From Nitrospinales bacterium (GTDB lineage: Bacteria; Nitrospinota; Nitrospinia; Nitrospinales; VA-1), in the NCBI GenBank assembly GCA_965223345.1, contig CBDCWG010000001.1:128001-192000 (forward strand): DNA of 64,000 bases. Reading direction: 5' to 3'. Positions within the stretch are counted from its first letter, which is position 1, and every line of letters begins with the position of its first letter. Below, piece after piece: positions 30,353 through 42,215 of the stretch. The translations under genes were made by a program, and so were the position numbers. A model generated the notes under the pieces. That model saw nothing but the letters and a program-made list of their open reading frames with translations, was not told where the DNA came from and did not search any database.

Positions 30353-30390
30353 GGGGTGAGCGCGGGACGGGGGGCGTCCGCACTGCGGTT

Positions 30391-31572
30391 TCAGTAGATG
30401 AGGTATTCCTGGCGCAGTTTTTTGAATTCCGAGCCATCGCTCTGCCAGGAGTCTTCGATGTGGGCGAGCGAGATGCCGTTGTTCAGGTAGCGTTCGCGGA
30501 ACTCGGAATTGCCGTACAGCAGGTCGATCGCCAGCCGGTCGTTGACGAACTCGTAGGGCGCGGTGCGCCAGCCGAAGTTTTTCTCGTAGAGTCTGGCGAT
30601 GACGCGGATGACCGCGATGCCCGTGAGCAGCGACTTGAACCGGTTGCGGTCGGTCACGTGCAGCTGCACGCCGCCGCAGGTTTCGCCGGCCCATTTCTGG
30701 AACATCGGTTTGAAATAGATCGGCCGGAAAAAAACGCCGGGCAGGTTTTCCTGTTGCAGATGATCCGCCAGCAGATGCGCGTCGATGTAGGGCGCGCCGA
30801 TTTGTTCGAAGGGTAAAGTGGTGCCGCGCCCTTCCGAGAGCAGCGTGCCTTCGAGCAGGCACATGCCCGGATACACCGTGGCGGTCCCCAGCGCCGGCAT
30901 GTTCGGCGACGGCGGAATCCACTCCAGGCCCGTGTCGTCGTACCACATGTCACGCTGCCAGCCGCGCATCGGAATCACCGTCAGATCGCATTCGATGCCG
31001 AAGGTTTTGTTGAACATCTGCGCCAGTTCGCCCACCGTCATGCCGTGCCGGTTGGCGATCGGGAATTGGCCGACGAACGAGCGCCAGTTTTCTCCCACCA
31101 GATTGCCTTCCACCGCAACGCCGTTGATCGGGTTGGGCCGGTCGCACACGATCATGGGAATGCCTGCCTCCCGGCACACCTGCATGCAGTTGGCCAGCGT
31201 GTAGATGAACGTGTAATAGCGCGAGCCGATGTCCTGAATGTCGAAGATCAGGTTGTCGAGATCCGCAAGGTGTGTCGTGCTGGGAAACAGCGAGTTTTCC
31301 ACATCCCCGTACAGGCTCAGCACCTTGAGCCCGGAGACCGGGTCCTCGTTGTCGTTCACCTTCACCATGTCCTGATCCACGCCGTACAGGCCGTGCTCCG
31401 GAGCGAAGATCTTTTTCAGGTTGAACCAGTTGTGGGCTTTGAAATGAACGATCGAATGCCGCTGGTCGGCCGCGACGCTGGTCTGGTTGACCAAAAGGCC
31501 GACGTTTTGCCCCTGCAGGAATCGTTCGGGGTCCGCAAGCAGAATGTCGAGTCCGGTAACCGTGTGGCTCAC
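30391..31572 (-). CDS. namZ: Exo-beta-N-acetylmuramidase NamZ (DUF1343) family
   Basis: Motifs VGLLVNQTS, FAPEHG, DIQDIGSRYYT, DRPNP, RHGMTVGELA, SEGRGTT.PF. Confidence 0.9.
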   Translation of the reverse strand: MSHTVTGLDILLADPERFLQGQNVGLLVNQTSVAADQRHSIVHFKAHNWFNLKKIFAPEHGLYGVDQDMVKVNDNEDPVSGLKVLSLYGDVENSLFPSTTHLADLDNLIFDIQDIGSRYYTFIYTLANCMQVCREAGIPMIVCDRPNPINGVAVEGNLVGENWRSFVGQFPIANRHGMTVGELAQMFNKTFGIECDLTVIPMRGWQRDMWYDDTGLEWIPPSPNMPALGTATVYPGMCLLEGTLLSEGRGTTLPFEQIGAPYIDAHLLADHLQQENLPGVFFRPIYFKPMFQKWAGETCGGVQLHVTDRNRFKSLLTGIAVIRVIARLYEKNFGWRTAPYEFVNDRLAIDLLYGNSEFRERYLNNGISLAHIEDSWQSDGSEFKKLRQEYLIY

Positions 31573-31603
31573 GCTGTGCCGCCTCCCTGGGCGGGGATGA
31601 AGG

Positions 31604-32836
31604 TCATTTGAACCGGTACCCCTTGGGGATCACCGTGATGTTGGATTCCTCGTCCACGAAGAACCGTTTTTTGTCCTCTTCCAGATTGTAGCCGATCGAG
31701 ACGCCGTCGGGGATGTCCACGTCCTTGTCGATGATGGCCATGTTGATCCGGCAGTTTTTTCCCACATTGACCCGGTCCATGATCAGCGAATTGATGATCG
31801 CCGCGCCGCTGTCGATGTGCACGTCGCCGCCGATCACCGAATCCTGCACGATGCCGCCGCTGATGATGCTGCCTTCCGAGACGATGCTGTTGACCGCCTG
31901 CCCGCGGCGTCCGTCCTCGTTGAACACGAACTTGGCCGGCGCGCTGCCGTACTGGGTCGTGCGGATCGGCCACTTGCGGTTGTACAGGTTGAAGGCGGGC
32001 TTGACGTTGCGCAGGTCCATGTTGGCTTCCCAGAACGCCTTGATGGTCCCGACATCGCGCCAGGCGCCCACTTCCTGCTCGCCGCTGCCGGGAACCCGGT
32101 TGGTGCGGAAATCGTAGGCGTACACCCGGTCGCTCGCCGTCACCTTGGGCAGGATGTCCTTGCCGAAATCGTGCGAGGATTCCATCTCCACCGCGTCTTC
32201 ATACAACACGCGGATCAAAAAGTCCGTGCTGAATATGTAATTGCCCATCGACGCGAACACCTCGTCCGGCCGTCCGGGAATGGTTTTCGGGTCTTTGGGT
32301 TTTTCCTGAAATCCAATGATGCGCTGCTCTTCGTCCACCTGGATGACGCCGAACGCGTGCGCTTCCTCGACCGAAACCGGCAGCGCCGACACCGTCACAT
32401 CGGCGCGCATCCGCGTGTGGAATTCCACCATCTGGCGGATGTCCATGCGGTAGATGTGGTCTGCGCCGAAGATGGCGACCAGGTCGAACCCGTGCCCTTC
32501 GATAAGATTGATGTTCTGATAAATGGCGTCGGCGGTTCCCTGATACCAGCTTTCCCCGGTGCGTTTCTGGGCGGGGACGGGCAAAATGAAGTGATCGGCG
32601 AGGATGGAGCTGAACCGCCAGCCTTCCTGCAAATGCTCGGTGAGGGATTGCGATTTGAACTGCGTCAGGACGTAGAGGGCGTAGATTTTGGAGTTGACGA
32701 AATTGCTGAGAACAAAATCGATCAACCGGTATTTGCCGCCGAACGGCACCGCAGGTTTGGCGCGTTCCTTCGTGAGAGGGTAGAGGCGGCTGCCTTCCCC
32801 TCCCGCCATGATCATTCCAAGAATATTGTTCTGCAC
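31604..32836 (-). CDS. glgC: Glucose-1-phosphate adenylyltransferase
   Basis: Motifs AGGEGSRL.PLT..RAKPAVPFGG, GTADAIYQN, DHIYRMD, FQEKP, DFGKDI. Confidence 0.97.
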   Translation of the reverse strand: MQNNILGMIMAGGEGSRLYPLTKERAKPAVPFGGKYRLIDFVLSNFVNSKIYALYVLTQFKSQSLTEHLQEGWRFSSILADHFILPVPAQKRTGESWYQGTADAIYQNINLIEGHGFDLVAIFGADHIYRMDIRQMVEFHTRMRADVTVSALPVSVEEAHAFGVIQVDEEQRIIGFQEKPKDPKTIPGRPDEVFASMGNYIFSTDFLIRVLYEDAVEMESSHDFGKDILPKVTASDRVYAYDFRTNRVPGSGEQEVGAWRDVGTIKAFWEANMDLRNVKPAFNLYNRKWPIRTTQYGSAPAKFVFNEDGRRGQAVNSIVSEGSIISGGIVQDSVIGGDVHIDSGAAIINSLIMDRVNVGKNCRINMAIIDKDVDIPDGVSIGYNLEEDKKRFFVDEESNITVIPKGYRFK

Positions 32837-33074
32837 ACTGACGCACTCCGAAAGGGTTCACACGGGCGGTTGGAGCGATCGAAATCGAATTCGCAGGGTG
32901 ACGAGATGCGTGGCGGAAAGAAAATTGAACTCAGGCCGGTTTCTCCCCCCGGGATCGAACGGCAACCCTCAATGCCCGGAACCGCTTGAATTTTAAACTA
33001 CTTACACTAATTATACTCTAATTGGACGGCCTTCTGTCAACTCATAATACCCCAGGGGTTGTGAGAAACCTCAC

Positions 33075-33112
33075 AAAAAAAGACCCCCGGCCGGTTGCCC
33101 GGCGCGGGGGTC
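33075..33112 (-). terminator. Intrinsic terminator of groESL
   Basis: GACCCCCG...CGGGGGTC hairpin followed by a T7 tract on the minus strand. Confidence 0.85.
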
Positions 33113-33143
33113 GGTGCTCGCAAACGGTTTCAGCGAAACGGGC

Positions 33144-34811
<1,668 letters not shown>

Positions 34812-34868
34812 TTAGGTAACTCTCCTTGATAGGGATGTCAGAAAACCGTTGTTTGATTTTTAAACGTG

Positions 34869-35159
34869 TTATTTTTCGATGATGCCCAGGATGTCGTCTT
34901 CCCGCATGAGCAGGAAGTCCTCGCCATCGATCTTGACTTCGGTTCCGCCGTACTTGCTGTAGAGGACCTTGTCGCCGACTTTGACATCCAGGGGAATGTG
35001 TTTTCCGTCATCTCCGAGTTTTCCTTTGCCGACGGCTTTGACGCGTCCTTCAATGGGTTTTTCCTTGGCGGAATCAGGGATGATGATGCCTCCCTTTCGC
35101 ACTTCTTTTTCCAGGATGGGCTGCAGAAGGATTCGGTCTTGCAATGGTCGGATTTTCAT
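34869..35159 (-). CDS. groS: Co-chaperonin GroES
   Basis: [30 protein letters not shown]. Confidence 0.98.
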   Translation of the reverse strand: MKIRPLQDRILLQPILEKEVRKGGIIIPDSAKEKPIEGRVKAVGKGKLGDDGKHIPLDVKVGDKVLYSKYGGTEVKIDGEDFLLMREDDILGIIEK

Positions 35160-35320
35160 AATCACTCCTCGATAGAAAAAATGTTAAACTTTGACTGCCA
35201 ATGTGAGAGAAAGCCCCATCAGGGGGCAAAAATGCGGGCCTTTGAACTCAAGTCATGGAATTTCAATAGGTTTTGTGCAATTTCATCCTTAGAATGAAAC
35301 CGTTCGGGGAACCGGCGATG

Positions 35321-35347
35321 TTAGCACTCACTAGGGGCGAGTGCTGA
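35321..35347. promoter_or_regulatory. CIRCE element (HrcA operator) upstream of groES
   Basis: TTAGCACTC-N9-GAGTGCTGA, one mismatch to consensus; minus-strand TTGACA and TATGGT/TATAGT boxes just upstream. Confidence 0.93.
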
Positions 35348-35424
35348 CACTATACCATAAGATCTTGATTTTTGATGTCAAGGTGACCGGAAAAAAAAGT
35401 TCGAAAAACGGGAAATTTTTTTAA

Positions 35425-35820
35425 ATGGCTAAAAATAAAGAAGTTGCAGGGCTGGAAGTGTTTTTGAATCCGCATCCCGACCGGGACTACACCATCGAGA
35501 TGGAGTGCCCGGAATTCACCTGCCTGTGTCCCAAGACCGGTCAGCCCGATTTTGCGGTGGTGGAGATCGCCTACGTGCCCAACCGCTGGTGCGTCGAGCT
35601 AAAATCGTTGAAGCTGTACCTCTGGTCGTATCGCAATGAGGGCGGGTTTCACGAGAAAGTGATCAACCAGATCGCCGACGACCTCGTGGCGGTCCTCAAA
35701 CCCAGGCAGTTGCAGGTCATCGGCGATTTCAACGTGCGCGGCGGCATCCACACCACCGTCACCGTGGACTACCCCCAGCCGGGCAACAAACCGAAAACCA
35801 CCCGCAGAAAGAAAACCTGA
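35425..35820 (+). CDS. queF: 7-cyano-7-deazaguanine reductase (unimodular)
   Basis: Motifs [31 protein letters not shown]. Confidence 0.96.
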   Translation: MAKNKEVAGLEVFLNPHPDRDYTIEMECPEFTCLCPKTGQPDFAVVEIAYVPNRWCVELKSLKLYLWSYRNEGGFHEKVINQIADDLVAVLKPRQLQVIGDFNVRGGIHTTVTVDYPQPGNKPKTTRRKKT

Positions 35821-35871
35821 AGCCCTCGCGCGCGCAGGCGGGCAGGGCGGCAAAGCGAAAGGAAGCCCGTT

Positions 35872-36219
35872 TTGTACCGATCCGGAGAATGCAACCAGTG
35901 CGGCGAATGCTGCAAGAGCGTCAACATCACCGCCGTGCGCGACCTCGCCCTGGCGCAGCACGGCAGCCTCAAAGAGCTGTCCCTGTACATGAGCTACCGC
36001 GGCATCCGCGTGGTCGGCGAGGATGTGGAAAAAAACCTGCTGTTCTATTCGCTCGCGATCCCCTGCCAGAAGCTGGGACCGGACAACGCCTGCGCCGTGC
36101 ACAACACTCCGGAAAAACCCCTTCTGTGCCACCGCTACCCGATGGAGCCCCCCGGTATCAACGAATGCAGCTACCGGTTCACCTCCGTCCCGCTGGCCGA
36201 ACCGCGGCCCGCCGATTGA
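35872..36219 (+). CDS. YkgJ-like CxxCxxCC cysteine-cluster protein
   Basis: CNQCGECC...C...C.VH..KP.LC..YP; AAGGAAG RBS before a TTG start. Confidence 0.8.
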   Translation: MYRSGECNQCGECCKSVNITAVRDLALAQHGSLKELSLYMSYRGIRVVGEDVEKNLLFYSLAIPCQKLGPDNACAVHNTPEKPLLCHRYPMEPPGINECSYRFTSVPLAEPRPAD

Positions 36220-36659
36220 CCCGCCCGCAATTGCCCGCATCCGCTGTTTTTTGACCGCAGCCCTCCCGCCTTTCACTCTTGCAAAACTGAATTTCATTGC
36301 GTCCGCGCGCCGATTCCGCACGTAAGGCCCCGTTTCGCCACCCAACCGCTCGCAAACAAATCACCGAATCAATTCAACGAGTTAGTGAAAAGCCCGCTCA
36401 TGGGGAGCGATCGCGCTTTATTTTGTTTAAATTTTAATAAAAATTTTAAAATTATGGCTAAATTATTAATTTTTTTATTGTAATTTAAATTCAAAGTTGT
36501 AAAGTATTCGGGCGGGTGTAAATATAAGTAAACAAGAGAGAAATTTGCTGAAAATCTAATTGGCGGGCACGAAAACAAGACCGACGCAACGAGGCCGGTC
36601 TGCGGATCCCGGATTCGCGAGCCGCTCTCACCTTCGACAACCTCATTCCCCGAACGATC

Positions 36660-36848
36660 ATGAACATTCCTCCCGAAAACGCTCCTTCCGAATCCGAACA
36701 GAAATCGTGGCAGGAACGCGGCGCTCTGGTGATGCGGCAGACCCTCACCACCTCCTGGCTTTACGAAATCGACCCGGTGAAACCGGCCTGGCTGTTTGTC
36801 TCGCTGATGATTCATGCACTGCTGTTTTTCATCCTGACGAGGTTATGA
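36660..36848 (+). CDS. Small membrane protein, hypothetical
   Basis: 62 aa ORF with a C-terminal TM helix, following an AT-rich promoter region. Confidence 0.4.
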   Translation: MNIPPENAPSESEQKSWQERGALVMRQTLTTSWLYEIDPVKPAWLFVSLMIHALLFFILTRL

Positions 36849-36851
36849 ACC

Positions 36852-37061
36852 ATGCACCCTTTTCCTCTGTTATCGAAAACGCGACCCAAACCCCTGCGTG
36901 CTTCTTCGCAGAAGCGGGAATTTCACAAATTGCTCAAAGAGGCTTATCTGGCGCTGGAGGACGATCTTTTGACCGAAGAGCCCGCGCAGCGCGGAGCGGC
37001 ACCGTTGCCTGAGCGCTTTCATGCCCGTCCGCAGCCAAATGATCCGGCCGGGCTGTCCTGA
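36852..37061 (+). CDS. Small hypothetical protein
   Basis: 69 aa ORF tightly packed behind the previous ORF. Confidence 0.35.
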   Translation: MHPFPLLSKTRPKPLRASSQKREFHKLLKEAYLALEDDLLTEEPAQRGAAPLPERFHARPQPNDPAGLS

Positions 37062-37102
37062 TGGTGAGAATCGATTAAATTTTACCTAAAGGAAAATCTG
37101 AT

Positions 37103-37609
37103 ATGGATACTCTAAAGTCAAAAAAAATAATGATTTCCTTGATTCTCTTTGTGGGTGTTTTTATTTCAGGGGGCACCGGCTTTCACACGGCGATGCTGGA
37201 CACACAGAATGCAGACCGGGTGTACCAGCCCGGACCCGAGCCGGTCAAATTGATCGAGAAAGCGCCGCTCGACTTCGGCATCATCCAGCCGCCCACAAGC
37301 GGAGCCCAGGATTTTGAGATCACCCCGAACGGCGGCTTGAAGCAGGGCGTGCAGGGCGACGGCCGCTTTCTGCACGGCCAGTCCACCGGCAGCGTGCTCG
37401 CATCCGGCGAGCAGGTGCAGTTCGACGTCACCACCGAACCCCTGCAGGGCACCTGCACCGTGCCCGGAACCGATCTCACCGGGGTGCAGGTCGTTCCTGA
37501 AAGCGGTGCGCCCAACACCCGGTTTCGTGTCGGCGGTCACCTCACCGTGCACGCCAACGCCACGGGCCACGGCACCTGCGAATACCTGTTGACGGCGAAC
37601 TACAACTGA
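37103..37609 (+). CDS. Secreted DUF4402-like putative fimbrial subunit
   Basis: Signal peptide, PLDFG.I, FRVGGHLTV and a C-terminal ANYN; directly upstream of a chaperone. Confidence 0.65.
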   Translation: MDTLKSKKIMISLILFVGVFISGGTGFHTAMLDTQNADRVYQPGPEPVKLIEKAPLDFGIIQPPTSGAQDFEITPNGGLKQGVQGDGRFLHGQSTGSVLASGEQVQFDVTTEPLQGTCTVPGTDLTGVQVVPESGAPNTRFRVGGHLTVHANATGHGTCEYLLTANYN

Positions 37610-37657
37610 ATGCGACGATTCTTAAAAGCAGATCGAGCCAGCGCGATCCGGAGAGAC

Positions 37658-38503
37658 ATGCACAAATGCCTCCACATGACAATGGTGCTTGCGTTTATCA
37701 CCCTCGCTGCGGGTGTTGAGGCGCAGGAACTGGGCGGCATCAGCGTGCGCCCCAAGCGGATCGTGCTGGAAGGGGACAAGCGCACCGGCGAGATCGTCCT
37801 GCACAACAATTCCCACCGGGAGATGACCTACCGCGTGTTCTTCAAAAACCTGCGCATGAAAAAAAACGGCGCGTATCAGGAAATCACCCACCGCGCCCCC
37901 GGAGAAAAATTCGCCGCCGAATTCATCCGTTTCGCCCCGCGCCAGATCACCGTGCCGCCGCGCAGTTCGCGCTCGGTGCGCCTCTTGGCCCGCAAACCGA
38001 AAAACCTGCCGCCCGGCGAGTACCGCTCCCACCTTTTTTTCCAGAGCCTGCCCCCGCCCACACTGGGCGAAGACATCGAACGCCCTGCGTTGGCCAGCGA
38101 CGAACTCAAGATCCGTTTCGTGGCCGTTCTGGCGATTTCCATTCCGGTCATCGTGCGTCACGGCGACCTCAATGCCAAAGTCGGCCTCGCCAATCTCTCA
38201 TTGGAATCGGCCGACTCGAAAGAGGCGCCGCCGTTGCTTTCCGCGAAGATTTTGCGCAAGGGCAACCGCTCGGTGTTCGGCGACATATCCATATTCTATA
38301 AGGACACGCAGGGTGGGCGGCTGAAGGTGGGGGAGGTGGGCGGTTTGTCCGTCTACGCCCCCAACTCCAGCCGCAGCCTGAGAATTCCCTTGAACTTTCC
38401 CGCTGGAGTCCGGCCGAAACACGGCAGCCTGTACATGGTTTACCGGGAACGCAGCGAGGAAGGCGGGACGGTCCTGGCCAAAGCGCGCATTCCGGTTCCC
38501 TGA
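37658..38503 (+). CDS. PapD-like periplasmic pilus assembly chaperone
   Basis: Signal peptide; SVRPKRIV, RFAPRQIT, GEYRSHLFF, ISIPVIVR, GNRSVFG. Confidence 0.8.
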   Translation: MHKCLHMTMVLAFITLAAGVEAQELGGISVRPKRIVLEGDKRTGEIVLHNNSHREMTYRVFFKNLRMKKNGAYQEITHRAPGEKFAAEFIRFAPRQITVPPRSSRSVRLLARKPKNLPPGEYRSHLFFQSLPPPTLGEDIERPALASDELKIRFVAVLAISIPVIVRHGDLNAKVGLANLSLESADSKEAPPLLSAKILRKGNRSVFGDISIFYKDTQGGRLKVGEVGGLSVYAPNSSRSLRIPLNFPAGVRPKHGSLYMVYRERSEEGGTVLAKARIPVP

Positions 38504-38525
38504 GCCGGAAAGCGATCGTTCCCGT

Positions 38526-41480
38526 ATGCGGCTCAGGGCTTACATTCTATTGGCGTTTTTGGCGATCGCGGTGGCCGGAGTTGGCATGTCCGGGCTTGCG
38601 GCCGCAGAACCCGAAGCGCAGAAAGATTCCGCGCAGGAGAGCGTGTTCGACCCGTCCGAACCGGAGCCGCTGGTCCTGCAGGCGCGTTTCCGCGGTTTCA
38701 TCCTCAGCGAAAACCTGGTCGGATTTTTGCACCGCGAGGGCGTTCTGTTGCCTCTCGGGGAGCTGGCGTTTTTGCTCGAATGGGGGCTCAATGTCGATCC
38801 GCAAAACGGCAGCGCGTCCGGCTGGTTCCAGAACGAGAACCGTTCTTTCTATCTCGACCTGAACAGCGGCACCGTGACCGTCGAGGGCAAACGCTCGCCC
38901 CTCAACACCCGGCTGGTGGTGCGCCGCCCGCAGGACCTGTATATCCACACCTCTCTGCTCAGCAGCTGGTTTCCGCTCGATTTTGAATCCAACCTGTCCG
39001 GCCTCGAGATCGACATTCGCGCACGCGAACCGCTGCCGCTGGAAAACCGGCTGGCCAAGCAAGGCTGGCTGAAGGAGAAGCCCGCCGAACCCGGTCCCTT
39101 TCCCCGCGTGCCGACGCCCTACAAGCTGCTCGACTGGCCGGCGATGGACCTGAGCTACGACTTCAACTACAAAAGCGAAAGCGATCAGGCGCAGTCGCTC
39201 TACAGCGCGCTGCTCACCGGCGACTTTCTCTACATGAACTCCGAGGTGTTTCTGGCGGGCGACGAGCGCGACGCCCTGTCCGATGTGCGGCTCAAGCTGG
39301 GGCGCAAGGACGCGGAAGCCGGCCTGCTGGGGCCGCTTGCGGCGCGGGAATTCGCCCTCGGCGATCTGTTCAACCCGCAGCTGCCGTTGATCGCCGACAG
39401 CCGTTCCGGCGCGGGGTTCGAGATTTCCAGCTTTCCGTTTTACCAGCAGGGCGAGTTCGACCGCATCAACCTGCGCGGCGAGCTGTCCGTCGGCTGGCAG
39501 GTGGAGCTGTACCGCAACGAGGTGCTGCTCGACTCCCAGGTGACGCCCAACGCGGACGGCCGCTTCGAATTTCTCGACGTGCCGCTGCTGTTCGGCTCCA
39601 ACGTGCTGCGCCTGGTGTTTTACGGCCCGCAGGGACAAAAACGCGAAACCATCCGCCGCATTTTCGTCGGCGACGAACAGGTGCGTCCGGGCAGGCAGTA
39701 TTTCCGCCTGTCGGGAAATTTTCAGGAACAGGACCTAGTGCAGGTGGGGGAGGATGAAAACTCGACGGAACTCGAAAAGGGCAAGGCGCGCTATTTTGCC
39801 GAATATGAGCGCGGTCTCAGCCGCCGGATCTCCATCGCCGGAAACCTGGCGAGCCTGCCTTTCGAGGGCGACCGCAGAAACTACGGCACCCTCGGGCTCC
39901 GGGCTTCGATGGGCGGCGCGTTTTCGCGCATCGACGTCACCAAAGACGACAAAGGCGGCACCGCCGCCGAGATCGCGACGCTCACGGACCTGTTCGGCGT
40001 CAGCCTGTTTGTCGAGCACGGGCATTTTTTCGACTTTGTCAGCGAACGCGTGCAACGCGCCGACGATCCCCTCGAAAGCACCACCAACCTGAGGCTCGAC
40101 AGCGCCATTCCCGGTTTCTGGCTGCCGCAGATTCCCTTCACCCTCGAAGGCGAGCTCGACCGCAGGGAGTCCGGCCGCGTCGAGATCGATCTGTCCAACC
40201 GGCTCTCTATGTATTTCGGCGGGGTCTCCGTCTCCAACACCTTAAACTGGTTTCTCAACCGCGGCGGCCAGGAGGACCCCTTCACCCAGGGCGACGGCAC
40301 CTTTCTCGCCAACGGGCGCATCCTGCGGCTGTCCCTGCGCGGCGCGCTCGACTACGGCATCGAGCCGGTGGCCGAGCTGACCCGCACCTCGGTGACCGGC
40401 GACTACGACCTCACCCGCAACCTGAGCACCCGCGTGACCGTGGACCGCATCCTCAACGGCGAACGCGAGACCACCTATTCGGCCGGCCTCAACCGCCGCT
40501 TTCGCTTTTTCGCGCTCGGCATGGAGGGCAGCTATTCCGATGAGGGCGCCTATTCGGTGGGTTCTTCGCTCACCTTCAGCCTCGGACGCGAGCCGCGGCG
40601 CAAAAGCTGGGTGGTGCTCGCCGACAAGATGGCCACGACCGGAGCCGCCTCGGCGCGGGTGTTCCTCGACAAGAACCACAACGGCACCTTCGATGCCGCC
40701 GACGAGCCGCTGGAAAACATCCAGGTCCTGGAAGGCAGCCGCAAGGTGCGCACCGACCGGCAGGGGCTGGCCTTTCTGCCCGGCCTTTCCAGCTACCAGC
40801 CGGTGTCCCTGTCCGTGGACCGGAGCAGTCTGGAAGATCCGTTCTGGATCCTGGACCGGCCCGGCATGGAGGTCATCCCCCGGCCCGGAAGCCCGGCGCT
40901 GGTCAATTTCCCCGTCATCCCCACCGGAGAGATCGAAGGCTCCGTGTTCCTCGTCCAGGGAGAATCGCAGCGCGCCGTCTCCAACGTGCAGGTGCAGCTG
41001 GTGAAGCAGCGCGACGGCCTGCTTGAGCGGCTGAAAAGACAGCTTTTGCGTTACTACATCACCGTCGAGGGCCAGATCGCGCAAAAGATCGACTTCCCCC
41101 TGGTGCGTAAAGGTTCTTTTTTCGCTTCCAGCGGCAAGCCCCGCAAGCGGCTGCTCGAACCGCTGCAGAATCCTCCCGATCTGAATACACTCGCGGAAGA
41201 GATCGTTGCGACCGTACGGACCGCCTACGACGGCCGGTTTCTGTTCGCCCGGGTGCCGCCGGGCCGCTATCTGCTGCGAGTCTCACCGGGGCAGATGCAG
41301 CGGCTCAAGCTGGTTTCCCAGGACGAGCACCCCATCGAGATCCGCGACGCCGGACAGCGGGAAGTGGGGCGGTTGTTTTACCTCGAGCCGGTTTACGGTG
41401 GGCTCGTACTGCAAGCGGCCGATGTTCGCAACGCCCGCGACGGGAATCGATTCGATCGCATCGCGATCCGCGAGGAATGA
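38526..41480 (+). CDS. Usher-like outer-membrane protein with C-terminal carboxypeptidase-regulatory-like domains
   Basis: Signal peptide; VELYRNEVLLD, VPLLFGSN, YGPQGQ, beta-strand-rich core, RVFLDKNHNGTFD, VPPGRY. Confidence 0.75.
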   Translation: MRLRAYILLAFLAIAVAGVGMSGLAAAEPEAQKDSAQESVFDPSEPEPLVLQARFRGFILSENLVGFLHREGVLLPLGELAFLLEWGLNVDPQNGSASGWFQNENRSFYLDLNSGTVTVEGKRSPLNTRLVVRRPQDLYIHTSLLSSWFPLDFESNLSGLEIDIRAREPLPLENRLAKQGWLKEKPAEPGPFPRVPTPYKLLDWPAMDLSYDFNYKSESDQAQSLYSALLTGDFLYMNSEVFLAGDERDALSDVRLKLGRKDAEAGLLGPLAAREFALGDLFNPQLPLIADSRSGAGFEISSFPFYQQGEFDRINLRGELSVGWQVELYRNEVLLDSQVTPNADGRFEFLDVPLLFGSNVLRLVFYGPQGQKRETIRRIFVGDEQVRPGRQYFRLSGNFQEQDLVQVGEDENSTELEKGKARYFAEYERGLSRRISIAGNLASLPFEGDRRNYGTLGLRASMGGAFSRIDVTKDDKGGTAAEIATLTDLFGVSLFVEHGHFFDFVSERVQRADDPLESTTNLRLDSAIPGFWLPQIPFTLEGELDRRESGRVEIDLSNRLSMYFGGVSVSNTLNWFLNRGGQEDPFTQGDGTFLANGRILRLSLRGALDYGIEPVAELTRTSVTGDYDLTRNLSTRVTVDRILNGERETTYSAGLNRRFRFFALGMEGSYSDEGAYSVGSSLTFSLGREPRRKSWVVLADKMATTGAASARVFLDKNHNGTFDAADEPLENIQVLEGSRKVRTDRQGLAFLPGLSSYQPVSLSVDRSSLEDPFWILDRPGMEVIPRPGSPALVNFPVIPTGEIEGSVFLVQGESQRAVSNVQVQLVKQRDGLLERLKRQLLRYYITVEGQIAQKIDFPLVRKGSFFASSGKPRKRLLEPLQNPPDLNTLAEEIVATVRTAYDGRFLFARVPPGRYLLRVSPGQMQRLKLVSQDEHPIEIRDAGQREVGRLFYLEPVYGGLVLQAADVRNARDGNRFDRIAIREE

Positions 41481-41687
41481 GGGATTGCCTCTCCGTACCG
41501 GAAGGGGAGAGGGTGGTTTTGCTTCGCCACGAAACGGGCGAGAACAAACTGAATTCTTTTTTATTATTGATTTTCCCACAAGAAATTGTGATAAAATTTT
41601 TTTGGCAGTGGCCAGAAAACTTTAAGTTTTACTTGAGGTAATTTGGCTAAAAATGTATATAATTCGCATAAATTTTATGTATCAGCG

Positions 41688-42155
41688 ATGACGAGCCGTT
41701 TTGAGAACAACCTCGATGGCACCATCAGCGACACGCGGACAGGGCTGATGTGGCAGGAAAGTTACGCCTACGTCGAAACCGGCAATTACATCAACTGGTA
41801 CGATGCCAACAGCTACATCCGGAAGTTGAACGCCTCCAGACTGGGCGGGCACGACGACTGGCGTCTGCCCAGCCGGTTGGAGATCCAGAGCCTGTACGAA
41901 ATCGGCAAGCCCTTCCAGTCGCGCGGCCGGACCTTCCTGCTGCACATCGACCCGGTGTTCGAGTTCAGCTACGGGAGCTGTTTCTGGACCAGCAAAACGC
42001 GCCTGTCCGCCGCGCTCGGGTTTGAGTTCGACACCGGAGACATGCACTGGTATCCCCAGGGCAGCATTTCCGGCTCGGTGCGCGCCACGCGGCTCAAGCT
42101 GAATCCCGAGGTGCTGATCGATCCCTCCTGGCTGGAGCTGGCGGCTGCCGGTTGA
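41688..42155 (+). CDS. DUF1566 (Lcl C-terminal) domain protein
   Basis: DGTISDTRTGLMW, GGHDDWRLPS..E..SL, FWTS, VRA.R. Confidence 0.85.
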   Translation: MTSRFENNLDGTISDTRTGLMWQESYAYVETGNYINWYDANSYIRKLNASRLGGHDDWRLPSRLEIQSLYEIGKPFQSRGRTFLLHIDPVFEFSYGSCFWTSKTRLSAALGFEFDTGDMHWYPQGSISGSVRATRLKLNPEVLIDPSWLELAAAG

Positions 42156-42215
42156 GGGCAAACGCCCGGCCCGGCCGGTGCGTGAAGGACGAAATCGCCG
42201 TTCGAATCGATTGAG

